A stretch of DNA of 64,000 nt from PVC group bacterium (GTDB lineage: Bacteria > Auribacterota > Erginobacteria > Erginobacterales > Erginobacteraceae), in contig JAZDIV010000048.1 of the NCBI GenBank assembly GCA_043804695.1, positions 5,941-69,940 on the forward strand, written 5' to 3'. Each line of letters starts with the position of its first letter. Position 1 is the first letter of the stretch. Position numbers and translations under genes: made by a program. A model generated the notes under the pieces. That model did not search any database and was not told the origin of the DNA. It saw nothing but the letters and a program-made list of their open reading frames with translations. Below are positions 54,664-64,000 of the stretch, piece by piece.

Positions 54664-55419
54664 TCATTTTTCAAGCTCATTCACATCTGAGTATGTTAAA
54701 ACTTCCAAGTTGTCATGATAAACCGTGCCCGTCCGGCCGGAATGATGGCCCAGGAGAAGGGGAAGATGCGACCTGCCGTAGGTCAGGCGTTTGCGGGAAT
54801 AATACACCAGATCGCCATCAATCCGGAACTCGACAAAGCCGCTGTCTGTAACCAGTATCTCGTAGGTGTGCCACCCGCCAAGATAATGATCGCGATAGGG
54901 CCGCCGGCTGATCTCCAGGTCTCCGTCTTCATCCACCAGGCAGCAGGTGAGAGTGCCTCCTTCCGGGATGATCCCCCCCGTCCATCCGAGATGGCCGAGG
55001 TAGTCGTAGCTCATCCCGACCAGCCAGTCCGGCCAGACACCCTGTAGAAAAGCGTCCGGGTTCCGGGGGAATCCGAAGGAACCCCCGAAGCAGACGGAAC
55101 CGCTTCGGCCGGAAATAAATAGATCGCAGCGGACAACCATCCCCGGAGAGAGATGAAAGACCCGCTTGCTCAGCAACCCGTTCTTCTCCCCGGCGGCGCC
55201 GGTGTCCAGGGCGGGGGCGGGATTGCCGTGACGAGCGTTGATCCGCGGACCGGGCCGAGCAAAGAAATGCCACTTCTGTTCCGGCTCACCGGAAAAATCG
55301 TCATGAAATATCCGGTGCCCGGACGGCGACGCGACGGAGGCCGGCGGGCAGGAGAGAGCGGAGAGGCAGAGGAGAACAAGCGGGCAGGGAACGATCCTCA
55401 ACAGGACTGCTCGTCTCAA
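54664..55419 (-). CDS. secreted protein, possibly concanavalin/LamG-like beta-sandwich
   Basis: 251 aa with signal peptide; alternative (TTG/GTG) start likely; weak resemblance only. Confidence 0.35.
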   Translation of the reverse strand: MRRAVLLRIVPCPLVLLCLSALSCPPASVASPSGHRIFHDDFSGEPEQKWHFFARPGPRINARHGNPAPALDTGAAGEKNGLLSKRVFHLSPGMVVRCDLFISGRSGSVCFGGSFGFPRNPDAFLQGVWPDWLVGMSYDYLGHLGWTGGIIPEGGTLTCCLVDEDGDLEISRRPYRDHYLGGWHTYEILVTDSGFVEFRIDGDLVYYSRKRLTYGRSHLPLLLGHHSGRTGTVYHDNLEVLTYSDVNELEK

Positions 55420-55433
55420 CTGCAGCCTCTTCT

Positions 55434-55469
55434 GATGTTGAACGATGAACCTTGGACGTTGAAGTTCAT
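55434..55469. repeat. Heptamer tandem (GAACGTT type) in intergenic region
   Basis: tgttgaacgatgaaccttggacgttgaagttcat. Confidence 0.6.
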
Positions 55470-55472
55470 CTC

Positions 55473-56126
55473 TTATTCCCTGACCAGTTCCTCCTCCACC
55501 TGCGCGATCAGCTTCTTCAGAGTTTCAATCCCCGCCGCGGGAAGAAGCTGAGAAAGCTCAACAGTATTTTTCACCGTCCGCAGGGAACCGAGCACTCGTT
55601 TCAGCGCCTCCTGCCGCTTCGTTGCCCAGGCTTCCTCGGGATCGAGAGTCGATTCCCGGGCGGCCTGGAGGAGACTCCGGTACTGGCGGCCGATTTCTTT
55701 CGGCCGCATCTCATCATCAAAGACCGCCGAGCGGAGTTTACCGTAATCTTCTTCGGAGATCGCCTTTTTGGCCCGGGCCATCCGGAGGACGTTGACGCTC
55801 TCATAATCCGGAAGCTTCTCGATCCGGTCTCCATCTTCCAGGAAGGCGGAAAGACTGGCCGGTTCTTCCCTCTTCAAGAACAGGTACGAGCGGAGGAGCT
55901 TGTCCACCGTCTGCTGCCGCAGCTTCAGTTCCCGGGTGCAGTAGCTCTCAAAGGTCGGGAACCCCCACTCCCGGAAGGACTGCTTTTTCCCCACCACGCT
56001 CACGAACCGGCCCAGTTCCAGCCAGTTTCCCTTGAACTTCCTGACCGCATCCAGCACCTGGAAACGGAGGCTCTCCGGGTCCAGGTGTTCCATTTTTCCC
56101 TCGATCTCGCTGATTGTTCTCGTCAT
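55473..56126 (-). CDS. hypothetical protein
   Basis: 217 aa, soluble, helical, no recognisable domain. Confidence 0.35.
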   Translation of the reverse strand: MTRTISEIEGKMEHLDPESLRFQVLDAVRKFKGNWLELGRFVSVVGKKQSFREWGFPTFESYCTRELKLRQQTVDKLLRSYLFLKREEPASLSAFLEDGDRIEKLPDYESVNVLRMARAKKAISEEDYGKLRSAVFDDEMRPKEIGRQYRSLLQAARESTLDPEEAWATKRQEALKRVLGSLRTVKNTVELSQLLPAAGIETLKKLIAQVEEELVRE

Positions 56127-56246
56127 TATTTTTTACTCCGTAAAAAATGAATACTTCCGATTGTCCGGAGTTTAACATAATTGAAGTTCGGCTGGTAGAA
56201 AATATGTCATATTTACCTTCTTCACCACGGGTGGTATTCTCCCTCC

Positions 56247-56867
56247 ATGTCCGGGAATAACGAATCGAAGACGGCCCTGACCCGACCGGGCTTTTTCCAC
56301 CGGAGCCATAAGCCGCTGGCGGCGGCGGTGGCGGTCCTGATTCTCTCCTACGCGCCGGTGGCTCGTCCGATTCAGTTCTTCCTGCGAACGTCGCTGGGGC
56401 CGGAAGGAATGATGCTGTTTGTTCTGCTCATCTTCCTGGCCGGCGGCGTTCTTTTCTTTTCCTCCTCCCGTCTCTGGAAACTTCCGTTGAAGAATATCAT
56501 TCTTACGATCACGGTCTTTCTGGCCGGGCTTATTTACTCCTTCACCCTCCGCCTCCCCGAAGAAAGAATCCACCTGGTGCAGTTCGGACTGCTGGGCCTG
56601 CTGGCCTGTCCCAGCCTGAAGGGGCAGGCCTCCGGTGGATGGAGATGGCTCTGGAAGCCGCTGCTCTTTGTCTCCCTGGTCGGGGCGGCCGATGAAGTTT
56701 TTCAGTGGTTCCTGCCGGACCGGTTCTTTGATCTCCGCGACATCCTCTTCAACGCCCTCGGCGGCGTCTGGGGGATACTGCTTTACATGACGGTGAGGGG
56801 GAGAAGCGGTGAAAAGATGAACATCGAACGTTCAACGCATAAAGATACGGTGATCCGTTATCAGTAA
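56247..56867 (+). CDS. VanZ-like family membrane protein
   Basis: 206 aa; 4 TM segments and the VanZ signature region (DEVFQWFLPDRFFDLRDILFNALGGVWG). Confidence 0.7.
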   Translation: MSGNNESKTALTRPGFFHRSHKPLAAAVAVLILSYAPVARPIQFFLRTSLGPEGMMLFVLLIFLAGGVLFFSSSRLWKLPLKNIILTITVFLAGLIYSFTLRLPEERIHLVQFGLLGLLACPSLKGQASGGWRWLWKPLLFVSLVGAADEVFQWFLPDRFFDLRDILFNALGGVWGILLYMTVRGRSGEKMNIERSTHKDTVIRYQ

Positions 56868-56940
56868 TCAGTTGTCAGTACCTCTCCCGGTCGGCCGATA
56901 CTGATTACCGATCACCGATTACTGATTACCGTCATTACAT

Positions 56941-57849
56941 ATGAAAATAATCTCCTGTATCTTGCTCTGGATCTTTTTTCTCCTTCCCACGATCAGGGCG
57001 GAAGATAACAGCGCTCTGGAGCTGCATTTCATCGACGTCGGTTACGGGGACGCCATCCTGATCAAATCCCCTTCGGGGCGATTCGCCTTGATCGACACCG
57101 GGTATCCGGAAGCCGCCGGCCGTGTATCCGCCTACCTCAGGGAGAGGAATGTCGAAACGCTTGATCACCTGATCATCACCCACCCGCATCCCGACCATCT
57201 GGGAGGAGCGGCCGGTCTGCTGAAACAATTCCGGGTTGAGCAAATATACGACAACGGCCAGAAAATCGATCAATTTGATGAAAGGCTGACCGTGTCCAGG
57301 GGCCGAGAATACGAAAGATCGGTCCGGGAACGGGAGTCGTACCGGGTGCTAAAGGCGGGTGACACGATTCAATGGGATGGGGTCTCCCTGGAAGTCCTCT
57401 GGCCCCCGGACACCCGGGCGGGAAGAGACTGGAACGCGAACTCGCTGTCAATCATGCTTTGCTATGACGGTTTCCGGGCGTTCCTGGCGGCCGACAACAA
57501 TACGGTCAGCGAACAGGAACTCTTGAAAAAGGGCGAACAGGCCCTGAAAGCCGGCCTTCTGAAAGTCGGCCACCATGACGCCGGGGACGCCACCGGGCCG
57601 GCGTTTCTCCGCGCGGTTTCCCCCCGCTGGGCGGTCGTCTCGGTCGGAGAGAGCCCCTGGAACTATCCCTCGCCGGCGGTGCTGCGCCGGCTGGAGGGTC
57701 AGTGCGAGCGGGTCTTCCGGACCGACCGGGACGGGAACATTATCGTCATGATTCTCCCTTCCGGGGAAATCCGGACAATAAAGACCAGCCGGAGTAGTGT
57801 GCCCGTATGGCACTGCATCGATACCGGCTCCGGCATTGTTCAAAATTAA
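56941..57849 (+). CDS. secreted MBL-fold hydrolase, ComEC/Rec2 C-terminal domain-like
   Basis: 302 aa; signal peptide, HFIDVGYGDAILI, ITHPHPDHLGGA, KVGHHDAGD motifs. Confidence 0.75.
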   Translation: MKIISCILLWIFFLLPTIRAEDNSALELHFIDVGYGDAILIKSPSGRFALIDTGYPEAAGRVSAYLRERNVETLDHLIITHPHPDHLGGAAGLLKQFRVEQIYDNGQKIDQFDERLTVSRGREYERSVRERESYRVLKAGDTIQWDGVSLEVLWPPDTRAGRDWNANSLSIMLCYDGFRAFLAADNNTVSEQELLKKGEQALKAGLLKVGHHDAGDATGPAFLRAVSPRWAVVSVGESPWNYPSPAVLRRLEGQCERVFRTDRDGNIIVMILPSGEIRTIKTSRSSVPVWHCIDTGSGIVQN

Positions 57850-57919
57850 CCCGATTTATTCCTGCCTGCCGGCAGGCAGGAATAAATCGGGTTAAGGTTA
57901 ACAGCCAAGGCTGACCTCA

Positions 57920-60067
57920 ATGAAACGTACGATAAAAATTATTATCTTCGCTTCCTTTATTCTTGGGATTGCGTTACTGCTAACCGCATTGGTATACCGC
58001 GGTGAATTGCTCGGGCATTTCCATGCCCGGGCCGGCATCTCCGATCTAAGGAACGGGAATGTTGAGTCGGCATTACATCATCTAAAAAAAACGGTCGAGG
58101 CGTGCCCTTTCGACCGGCAGGCGAACAGCATTTTTGGACGCTGGATGCGCTATTTCGGCAAGCGGGATGAGACCGTCGGTTTTTATAGGGATCTGGTGAA
58201 GATTTATCCCCGGGAGCCCATATTTCACTATTTCCTGGGAATGAATCTCTTAACACCCCGCCAGTATGAAGCGGGGGTACGCGAACTGGGAAAAGCCCTG
58301 AAGATAGATCCTGGTTATTATCCGGCCTATTACGGCCTTGGTATCTATCACACCCTGATGGGCGAAGCGGAGATAGCCGAGGATAATTTCCGGAAGTGCC
58401 GGGAGCTGGCCCCGGACTCAGATCTCTCTTATCTGGGCCTGGGCTATCTCAATAACTCCCGGCGGTGGGATAACGAAGCCCTGCGAGAATTTGAAACGGC
58501 TTGTCAAAAACGTCCGGACGACTTTCTCTGCCATAAAATATTGTTCACGTTATATTCTTCAACCGGGCAAAGAGACAAGGCAATCGCGGCGATGCAGAGG
58601 GCGTTATCTCTCTGCCCGTATCTGCCCCATTACGATACTCTCCGGAAGCAGTTAAAAAAGTATTCTTCCCAGGAAATCAAGCAGGTACCACCATTGCCGC
58701 CTGAGCAGGAAGAACGAATTCGTGAAAAGGAAAGAGCCGCTTTCGCCCGTTGGCAGAGAGAAGCCGGAGAGCAAGTTGACCCGGCGCGAGCTAACCTCAC
58801 TATGGCTAAAAAGATCTATGGCGAGTTTGATATTGAAAAGTATCTTGAAGAGATCAATCGGATGGCCGAAGACCTGGGACCTGTAATCCGTTTACTCACC
58901 TCACCCCGTGAGAAGATAAAGCGAATCAATCAATATCTATTTCAGGAAATAGGGATCACGGTGCCCTGGATCAAAGGCGACCCGAACGATGTATTTCTGA
59001 ACCGGGTTCTGGAGAGAAAACAGGGGAACTGTCTCGGCCTCAGTTGTCTCTATGTCTCATTAGGCCGGAGATTGAATCTCCCGATTTACGCGGTGGTTGC
59101 GTACCGGCATATATTCTGCCGGTATGATGACGGCCGGGAGAGAATAAATATCGAAACTCAGTCCCGGGGAGAAGAATTACCCGATTCACTCTATCGACTC
59201 TCTCTCCCCCCGGCCTGGATTGAGAGAGGGATATATTTAAAGAATGCAACCTCTGAAGAGTTGACCGCCATCCTGCTTCATGGTCGCGGTTGGGTTTCAA
59301 TGGCGAATAAAAAATACCAGTATGCGGCGGACGATTATAAAGAAGCGCTTAATCTGACATCTGATTTAGCCGGGCTCTGGTTCGGGATGGGTCTCGCAAG
59401 TTACCTGACCAGCAATTACGAAGAAGCAATTGATTACTTTGAAGCATCCTTACAATTGGAACCGGGCTATGACAACGCTCTCTACAATCTTGGAAAAGCA
59501 TACAACCGGAGAGGAAACACGGGGATGGCAATTCAGAGCCTCCAAGAAGCCCTCTCAGTCACCCATAATCGTTTCATCTCTTTCAAGATCTTTCTGGAAC
59601 TGGGAAGGGCACAGCGTAAAAGACGCGACTATCAAAAATCGATCGAAGCTTATCAGGCAGCATTGCGGTTAGAGCCGGATTCAATTTCAGCCAAGGATGA
59701 TCTGGCATTTACATACCGTAGTTTTAATGAATTTGATAAGGCGAAAAAACTCTACCAGGAGATATTAAAGAGAGAACCGAACAACGACAGGGCTTTATTA
59801 GGCCTGGGCATGATCTCTACCGATTTGAAGGATCACGAAGTGGCGTTACCCTATTTCAAACAATCGGTCGAGGCCAAACCCGGAATTCCTTATCACCATT
59901 ACCGGTTAGGACTGTGCTATGCCCGCCTGGGAGATATAGAAAATGCTGAGCGTCAGCAGATTATTATAAAAGACCTGGAGCCGCGTCTCGCGAACAGGCT
60001 ATTACAGGCCATAAAAGTGAAGTCGAAAGATGGGAGAGGAGAAAAGAGAGGAACCAGTAATCAGTGA
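57920..60067 (+). CDS. membrane-anchored TPR-repeat protein with embedded transglutaminase-like (SirB1/YchA-type) domain
   Basis: 715 aa; N-terminal TM segment, multiple TPR units, central KQGNCLGLSCLYVSLGRRLNLP Cys-containing core with downstream His/Asp. Confidence 0.65.
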   Translation: MKRTIKIIIFASFILGIALLLTALVYRGELLGHFHARAGISDLRNGNVESALHHLKKTVEACPFDRQANSIFGRWMRYFGKRDETVGFYRDLVKIYPREPIFHYFLGMNLLTPRQYEAGVRELGKALKIDPGYYPAYYGLGIYHTLMGEAEIAEDNFRKCRELAPDSDLSYLGLGYLNNSRRWDNEALREFETACQKRPDDFLCHKILFTLYSSTGQRDKAIAAMQRALSLCPYLPHYDTLRKQLKKYSSQEIKQVPPLPPEQEERIREKERAAFARWQREAGEQVDPARANLTMAKKIYGEFDIEKYLEEINRMAEDLGPVIRLLTSPREKIKRINQYLFQEIGITVPWIKGDPNDVFLNRVLERKQGNCLGLSCLYVSLGRRLNLPIYAVVAYRHIFCRYDDGRERINIETQSRGEELPDSLYRLSLPPAWIERGIYLKNATSEELTAILLHGRGWVSMANKKYQYAADDYKEALNLTSDLAGLWFGMGLASYLTSNYEEAIDYFEASLQLEPGYDNALYNLGKAYNRRGNTGMAIQSLQEALSVTHNRFISFKIFLELGRAQRKRRDYQKSIEAYQAALRLEPDSISAKDDLAFTYRSFNEFDKAKKLYQEILKREPNNDRALLGLGMISTDLKDHEVALPYFKQSVEAKPGIPYHHYRLGLCYARLGDIENAERQQIIIKDLEPRLANRLLQAIKVKSKDGRGEKRGTSNQ

Positions 60068-60388
60068 TCAGTAATCAGTAATCAGTGATCAGTAGGCCAC
60101 CGCCCGGCGAAACACTGACTACTGATTAAGCTTTGAGATAAAAGCATTCTGGGCGCTTCTATTAATCGGTTGATCCGGCTTTGCCGTGGGGAAACCGGCA
60201 GACTGGGTATAACCGATACTCCTGGCGATCATACTCGACGGGATTGCTGAAAGCCCCGCCTCCGGCCCGGCGACGCGGGCGCCTGCGAAGAGAACGCTCC
60301 GGCCGCTCCCCGCGCTATCTTTTCAATATTCTGTGGACGTATGATAGATCCCTCGATATTTCACTCACGCACACACCTCGCCCGGAAC

Positions 60389-62362
60389 TCACCTGGTAAC
60401 CGGCATATCGCCGGCAACGCCGAAGTACACCCGGGTCACGCCCCGGACCGACCACAATCCGGCCTCGGGACGGAAGATGCCTCCCGTCTCCTGGGCGCCG
60501 CCGGTAAAACGCCCGGCGAAGGGGATGTCGCCGGGGCGGCCGAAATAGACGCGATCGCCGCCCCGGACCGCCCAGAGGCCGGTCGACGGCCGGAAGACGG
60601 CGATATCCGCCGCCCACTGTATCTGTGCTCCGTACCAAACGTAGTCGGCCGGGACCGGCGTGTCACCGGCGGTACCGAAATACGCCCGGGTCACCCCCCG
60701 GACCGCCCAAAGGCCGGTCGACGGCCGGAAGATCCCGATATTATCCAGGCCGTCACCGTTATAATCGGCCGGGACCGGGAAATCACCCGCCGTTCCGAAA
60801 TAGGCGGCGGTCACGCCCCGCACCGACCAGAGGCCGGTCGTTTTGTTGCAAACGGCGAAATCACAGCTGCCGTTTCCGTCATAATCGCCCGGCACGGGCA
60901 GATCGGATGAACTGCCGAAATAAACCCGGCTCACCTCCTTGATCGCCCAGAGGCCGGTCGACGGCCGGAAGATCCCGACATCGGCGAAGCCGTCACCGTC
61001 ATAATCTCCGGAGACCGGGATGTCCCCGGCGGCGCCGAAATAAACCCGGCCCAGGTTCCGGACCGCCCAGAGGCCGGATGAGGGGCGGAAGACGGCCAGA
61101 TCGGAATTTCCGTTGCCGTTATAGTCCCCCGAAGAAAGAACCATGTATTCCGGCGTCGGCGCCGGGGTCGGCGTCGGCGAGGGGAGGGTGTAGGAGAAGA
61201 TCACTCCGTAATCGTACACACCGCCGCAGGAAGTCATCCCGTAGAGAGTGTTGTCGGCAAGGAGCAGGCCGTTTAAAAGGAGAAAGGTCCCATCCCCGGT
61301 CTGCACGCTGAAGTCATGGAGGATGGTATACCCGGACCCGTCCTTCTCCATCGCGAAAAGTGTCCCCCCGTAGTACCCTCCCCCTCCCCCGCCGCCGAAT
61401 ATGGTCGTCCCGTAGAGGCGGGTGCCGTCGGAGACCAGGGTCGCTCCCGGAGCGAGGCCGTCTTCCGCGAAGTCGGGGAAGTTATGAATAATTGTATAGT
61501 CCGAACCGTCGGGGTTGAGGGAAAAAACAGTCCCGTCATAGTTCGTTCCTCCATAGGCCGTCGTCCCGTAGAGGCGGCTGCCGTCGGAAAGGATGCCGCT
61601 TATCGGCAGGGCGCCGTCATCGGTCTGGACGCCGAATTGGTGAAGTATGGTATATGAACTCCCGTCGGTTTCCAGGGAGTACAGTGTCCCGGAAAGCGGC
61701 AGCGGCAAGGTCAGCGTGGTGGTTCCGTAGAGCGTCCCGGAATCGAGGGTCACGGTCGCGTACGGCAATGCCCCGTCCCCCAAAAACGCGGGAAAACTGT
61801 GGAGGACGGACGCGGAAGAAACGTTGGGTTCCAGCGAAAAAACCGTGCCTCCCCCGATCGTCCCGCCCCAGACAGTTGTCCCGTAGAGCATCGTTCCGTC
61901 GCCGACCAGGCCCCCATAGGGGTTTCTCCCATCACCGGGATAGGTGCTGAAGCCGTGCAGATCGGTATAACCGGTCCCGTCGGTGTTAATGGCGAAGACC
62001 GTTCCGTAATAATTGGGACCGTAGTATGACGTCGTTCCGTAGAGCACGCTCCCGTCGGAGACCAGGCTTCCCGTCGGGGCAGCACCCGAGTCGGTCTGGA
62101 GACCGAAGTGATGAATTATGGTATAACCGGAGCCGTACGGGGCGATGGAAAAAATCGTTCCGTAATCCGCCGAGCCGCCGTAAGAGGTTGTTCCGTAAAT
62201 CATGCTCCCGTCGGAGACGAGTGTCCCCCGCGGCTTCGCTCCGTCGTTATCGGTCCACCCGGCGAAGCTGTGCAGGATCGTGTAGCCGGTCTGGGGCGCC
62301 GCGGCAACGGGAATGGTGACACACAAAATCATGATTGCGGACAGTGCAACAGAAACCTTCAT
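60389..62362 (-). CDS. secreted repeat protein: N-terminal ~48 aa beta-propeller-like repeats plus C-terminal FG-GAP/VCBS-like repeats
   Basis: 657 aa; signal peptide; at least 8 units of 'GYTxLHSF..DGxxPxGxLVSDGSxLYGTTxxGG...GTVFSI', then 6 units of 'GDYDGDGxxDxxxFRPSTGLWAxRGVTRxYFGxxGDxPV'. Confidence 0.65.
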   Translation of the reverse strand: MKVSVALSAIMILCVTIPVAAAPQTGYTILHSFAGWTDNDGAKPRGTLVSDGSMIYGTTSYGGSADYGTIFSIAPYGSGYTIIHHFGLQTDSGAAPTGSLVSDGSVLYGTTSYYGPNYYGTVFAINTDGTGYTDLHGFSTYPGDGRNPYGGLVGDGTMLYGTTVWGGTIGGGTVFSLEPNVSSASVLHSFPAFLGDGALPYATVTLDSGTLYGTTTLTLPLPLSGTLYSLETDGSSYTILHQFGVQTDDGALPISGILSDGSRLYGTTAYGGTNYDGTVFSLNPDGSDYTIIHNFPDFAEDGLAPGATLVSDGTRLYGTTIFGGGGGGGYYGGTLFAMEKDGSGYTILHDFSVQTGDGTFLLLNGLLLADNTLYGMTSCGGVYDYGVIFSYTLPSPTPTPAPTPEYMVLSSGDYNGNGNSDLAVFRPSSGLWAVRNLGRVYFGAAGDIPVSGDYDGDGFADVGIFRPSTGLWAIKEVSRVYFGSSSDLPVPGDYDGNGSCDFAVCNKTTGLWSVRGVTAAYFGTAGDFPVPADYNGDGLDNIGIFRPSTGLWAVRGVTRAYFGTAGDTPVPADYVWYGAQIQWAADIAVFRPSTGLWAVRGGDRVYFGRPGDIPFAGRFTGGAQETGGIFRPEAGLWSVRGVTRVYFGVAGDMPVTR

Positions 62363-62450
62363 ATCCTACCTCCTAAGAAGAGAACAACTCCGTTAAATTT
62401 GCGCCGCCGGTGCTAATTTATGGAATAATACAATAATCTTCCGTTCCGGA

Positions 62451-64000
62451 TCAATGTTTTTCCGGTTCATTCACCCCTTCTTCTCTCTCGATCTTCTCCC
62501 TCCAGGTGAGGGCCGGGGGGTAACCCGGAGAAAGCCTGAGCGCCTCGTTCATCCGGGCGGCCGACTCGGGGAGACGACCCTGGCGGTAATAGACAACCCC
62601 GAGATTGAAGACCGCCTCCACCATTTCCGGCTGCAGCTCCAGCGCCTTCCCGTAGGCTTTTTCGGCTTCATCGAACCGCCCCAGCCGGGTGTAGATCGAG
62701 CCCAGGTTGTTGTGCGTTGACGGGGACAGCGGATCGATCTCCAGCGCTCTCTGAAGAACCCGGAGCGCGTCCTGCGATCGCCCGGCCAGTCCGTAGGCGG
62801 CCCCCAGCAGCGAGAGCGAAACCGGGCGGCCGGGGTCGAGCGACACCGCCGTCTCGTACTCCCGGACCGCCTCCGGTACCCGGTGAAGCCGGAGGAGGGT
62901 GTTGCCCAGGTTCCGGCGGCAGGCCGCGTCCCGGGGCTTGAGCCGGAGCGCCTCCCGGTACTCTCTCTCCGCCTCGTCGAGACGCCCCTCCGCCAGGTAG
63001 GTGTTTCCGAGGTTATACCGGGCCCGGGGGCTGCCCGGGGAGCGGCGGGCGGTCGCCCGGTAAATCGTCGGGTTGTCCTTCCAGTCCAGGTTCCGCCGGA
63101 TGGTGAGGGCGGAGAAAAAAACGAGCGCCGAGAGAATTACGACGACCGCCGACGGGCGGCTGCCGGCTTGACCGCCGGGCCGGAACAGGCACGTTTCCAT
63201 CGCCAGGGCCACAAGCAGGAAAAAACCGGCCGAGGGAAGATACAGCCAGTGTTCGGCCATCTCGGCGTTGAGGGGGAACCAGTTCAGATAAGGAAGAAGA
63301 CCGATGCCGAACCAGGCGATCCCGAAGAGGATTAACGGGAAACGCCGGCGCGCCCGGAGAACGGCGAGCGCCGCTCCGGAGAGAAAAATCGCCGGCCCCA
63401 GCACCGAGGGAGAAAAAAAAGACCCGGCCGGAGAAACAACCCGTTCCATCCGCAGGCCCACCGGGATCAAAAGCACCTTGAGATAGAGAAGAAGCACCTT
63501 CCAGCCGGTGAGAAACCTTTCATAAAAAGGATAGGGATTCGAGGTCAGCGGGACCGTTCCGCTTCTGAAGACCGCGGCCCGGGCCGCCAGGTAGAGAAGG
63601 GCGATTAAAAAGAGCGCCGCGACATACCGGCCGAAAGCGGGAGCGGGCGACGCACCGGGCCCGCCTCCCTTTTTCCGTGAGATGGCGGCGGCGCCCAGGA
63701 GAACAAGGAGGGGCAGGACCAGGGAGGATTCCTTGGACAGGAGAGCGAGCAGAAAGCAGACCGCCGACAGGAACAGGAATCCTCGCCGTATTACCCCGGC
63801 TGATGGAGTTGAACCCGCATTTTCTTTTTCCGCCAGGAAAAAGAAAAGGGAGAGCAAAACGAAGAACGCGGCCAGCAGGTCGGCCCGGCCGGAGACATAG
63901 GCAACCGCCTCCGTCTGGACGGGGTGGATCAGGAAAACGAGCGCGGCCAAAAAAGCTATCGGCCGGCGGCCGCCGATCATCGTCAGGATGCGCAACACCA
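62451..64000 (-). CDS. polytopic membrane protein with C-terminal TPR repeats (O-antigen-ligase/TMTC-like architecture), 5' end beyond window
   Basis: At least 515 aa; about 10 TM helices followed by 5-6 TPR units; the ORF runs off the window end. Confidence 0.55.
   Translation of the reverse strand, partial: VLRILTMIGGRRPIAFLAALVFLIHPVQTEAVAYVSGRADLLAAFFVLLSLFFFLAEKENAGSTPSAGVIRRGFLFLSAVCFLLALLSKESSLVLPLLVLLGAAAISRKKGGGPGASPAPAFGRYVAALFLIALLYLAARAAVFRSGTVPLTSNPYPFYERFLTGWKVLLLYLKVLLIPVGLRMERVVSPAGSFFSPSVLGPAIFLSGAALAVLRARRRFPLILFGIAWFGIGLLPYLNWFPLNAEMAEHWLYLPSAGFFLLVALAMETCLFRPGGQAGSRPSAVVVILSALVFFSALTIRRNLDWKDNPTIYRATARRSPGSPRARYNLGNTYLAEGRLDEAEREYREALRLKPRDAACRRNLGNTLLRLHRVPEAVREYETAVSLDPGRPVSLSLLGAAYGLAGRSQDALRVLQRALEIDPLSPSTHNNLGSIYTRLGRFDEAEKAYGKALELQPEMVEAVFNLGVVYYRQGRLPESAARMNEALRLSPGYPPALTWREKIEREEGVNEPEKH

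Overview
High-GC (~62%) bacterial chromosomal window, most likely a deltaproteobacterium-like or candidate-phylum organism. This is inferred from the 16S sequence and from the archaeal-type aroA'/aroB' genes. Nearly all genes are on the minus strand and are housekeeping. They include: a D-aminoacylase, a family-5 ABC binding protein and adenosine deaminase; a yceD-rpmF-fabH-fabG-acpP-fabF cluster; coaD, rsmD, recG, rpmB, secDF-yajC; a tgt-queA-queH queuosine cluster; ruvABC-yebC; an EF-G paralog with efp; a complete rrn operon (16S, tRNA-Ile, tRNA-Ala, 23S, 5S) on the minus strand; tyrS, rpsA-cmk; an aromatic amino-acid cluster (tyrA, DHQ synthase II, ADH synthase, pheA); scpAB, trpS, cca; a response regulator; xerD and radC. 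At 52-64 kb there is a block of uncharacterised envelope and secreted proteins. No CRISPR array, no intact IS element or prophage, and no recognisable defence system is visible. The most unusual content is non-coding. Intergenic regions are packed with short AT-rich palindromic motifs: motif A ATTATTGAAATTCCGAAACA, motif B TTAGCGCC-N3/4-GGCGCTAA placed directly on start codons, and motif C TTATTTTTCC-N3-GGAAAAATAA. Around them sit at least ten families of long hairpins whose arms are built from 2-4 tandem 7-10 nt units, plus several 130-230 bp dispersed repeat families. Together they form modular C-A-B-hairpin arrays upstream of minus-strand genes. This looks like an undescribed genome-specific system of structured non-coding elements or miniature mobile elements.
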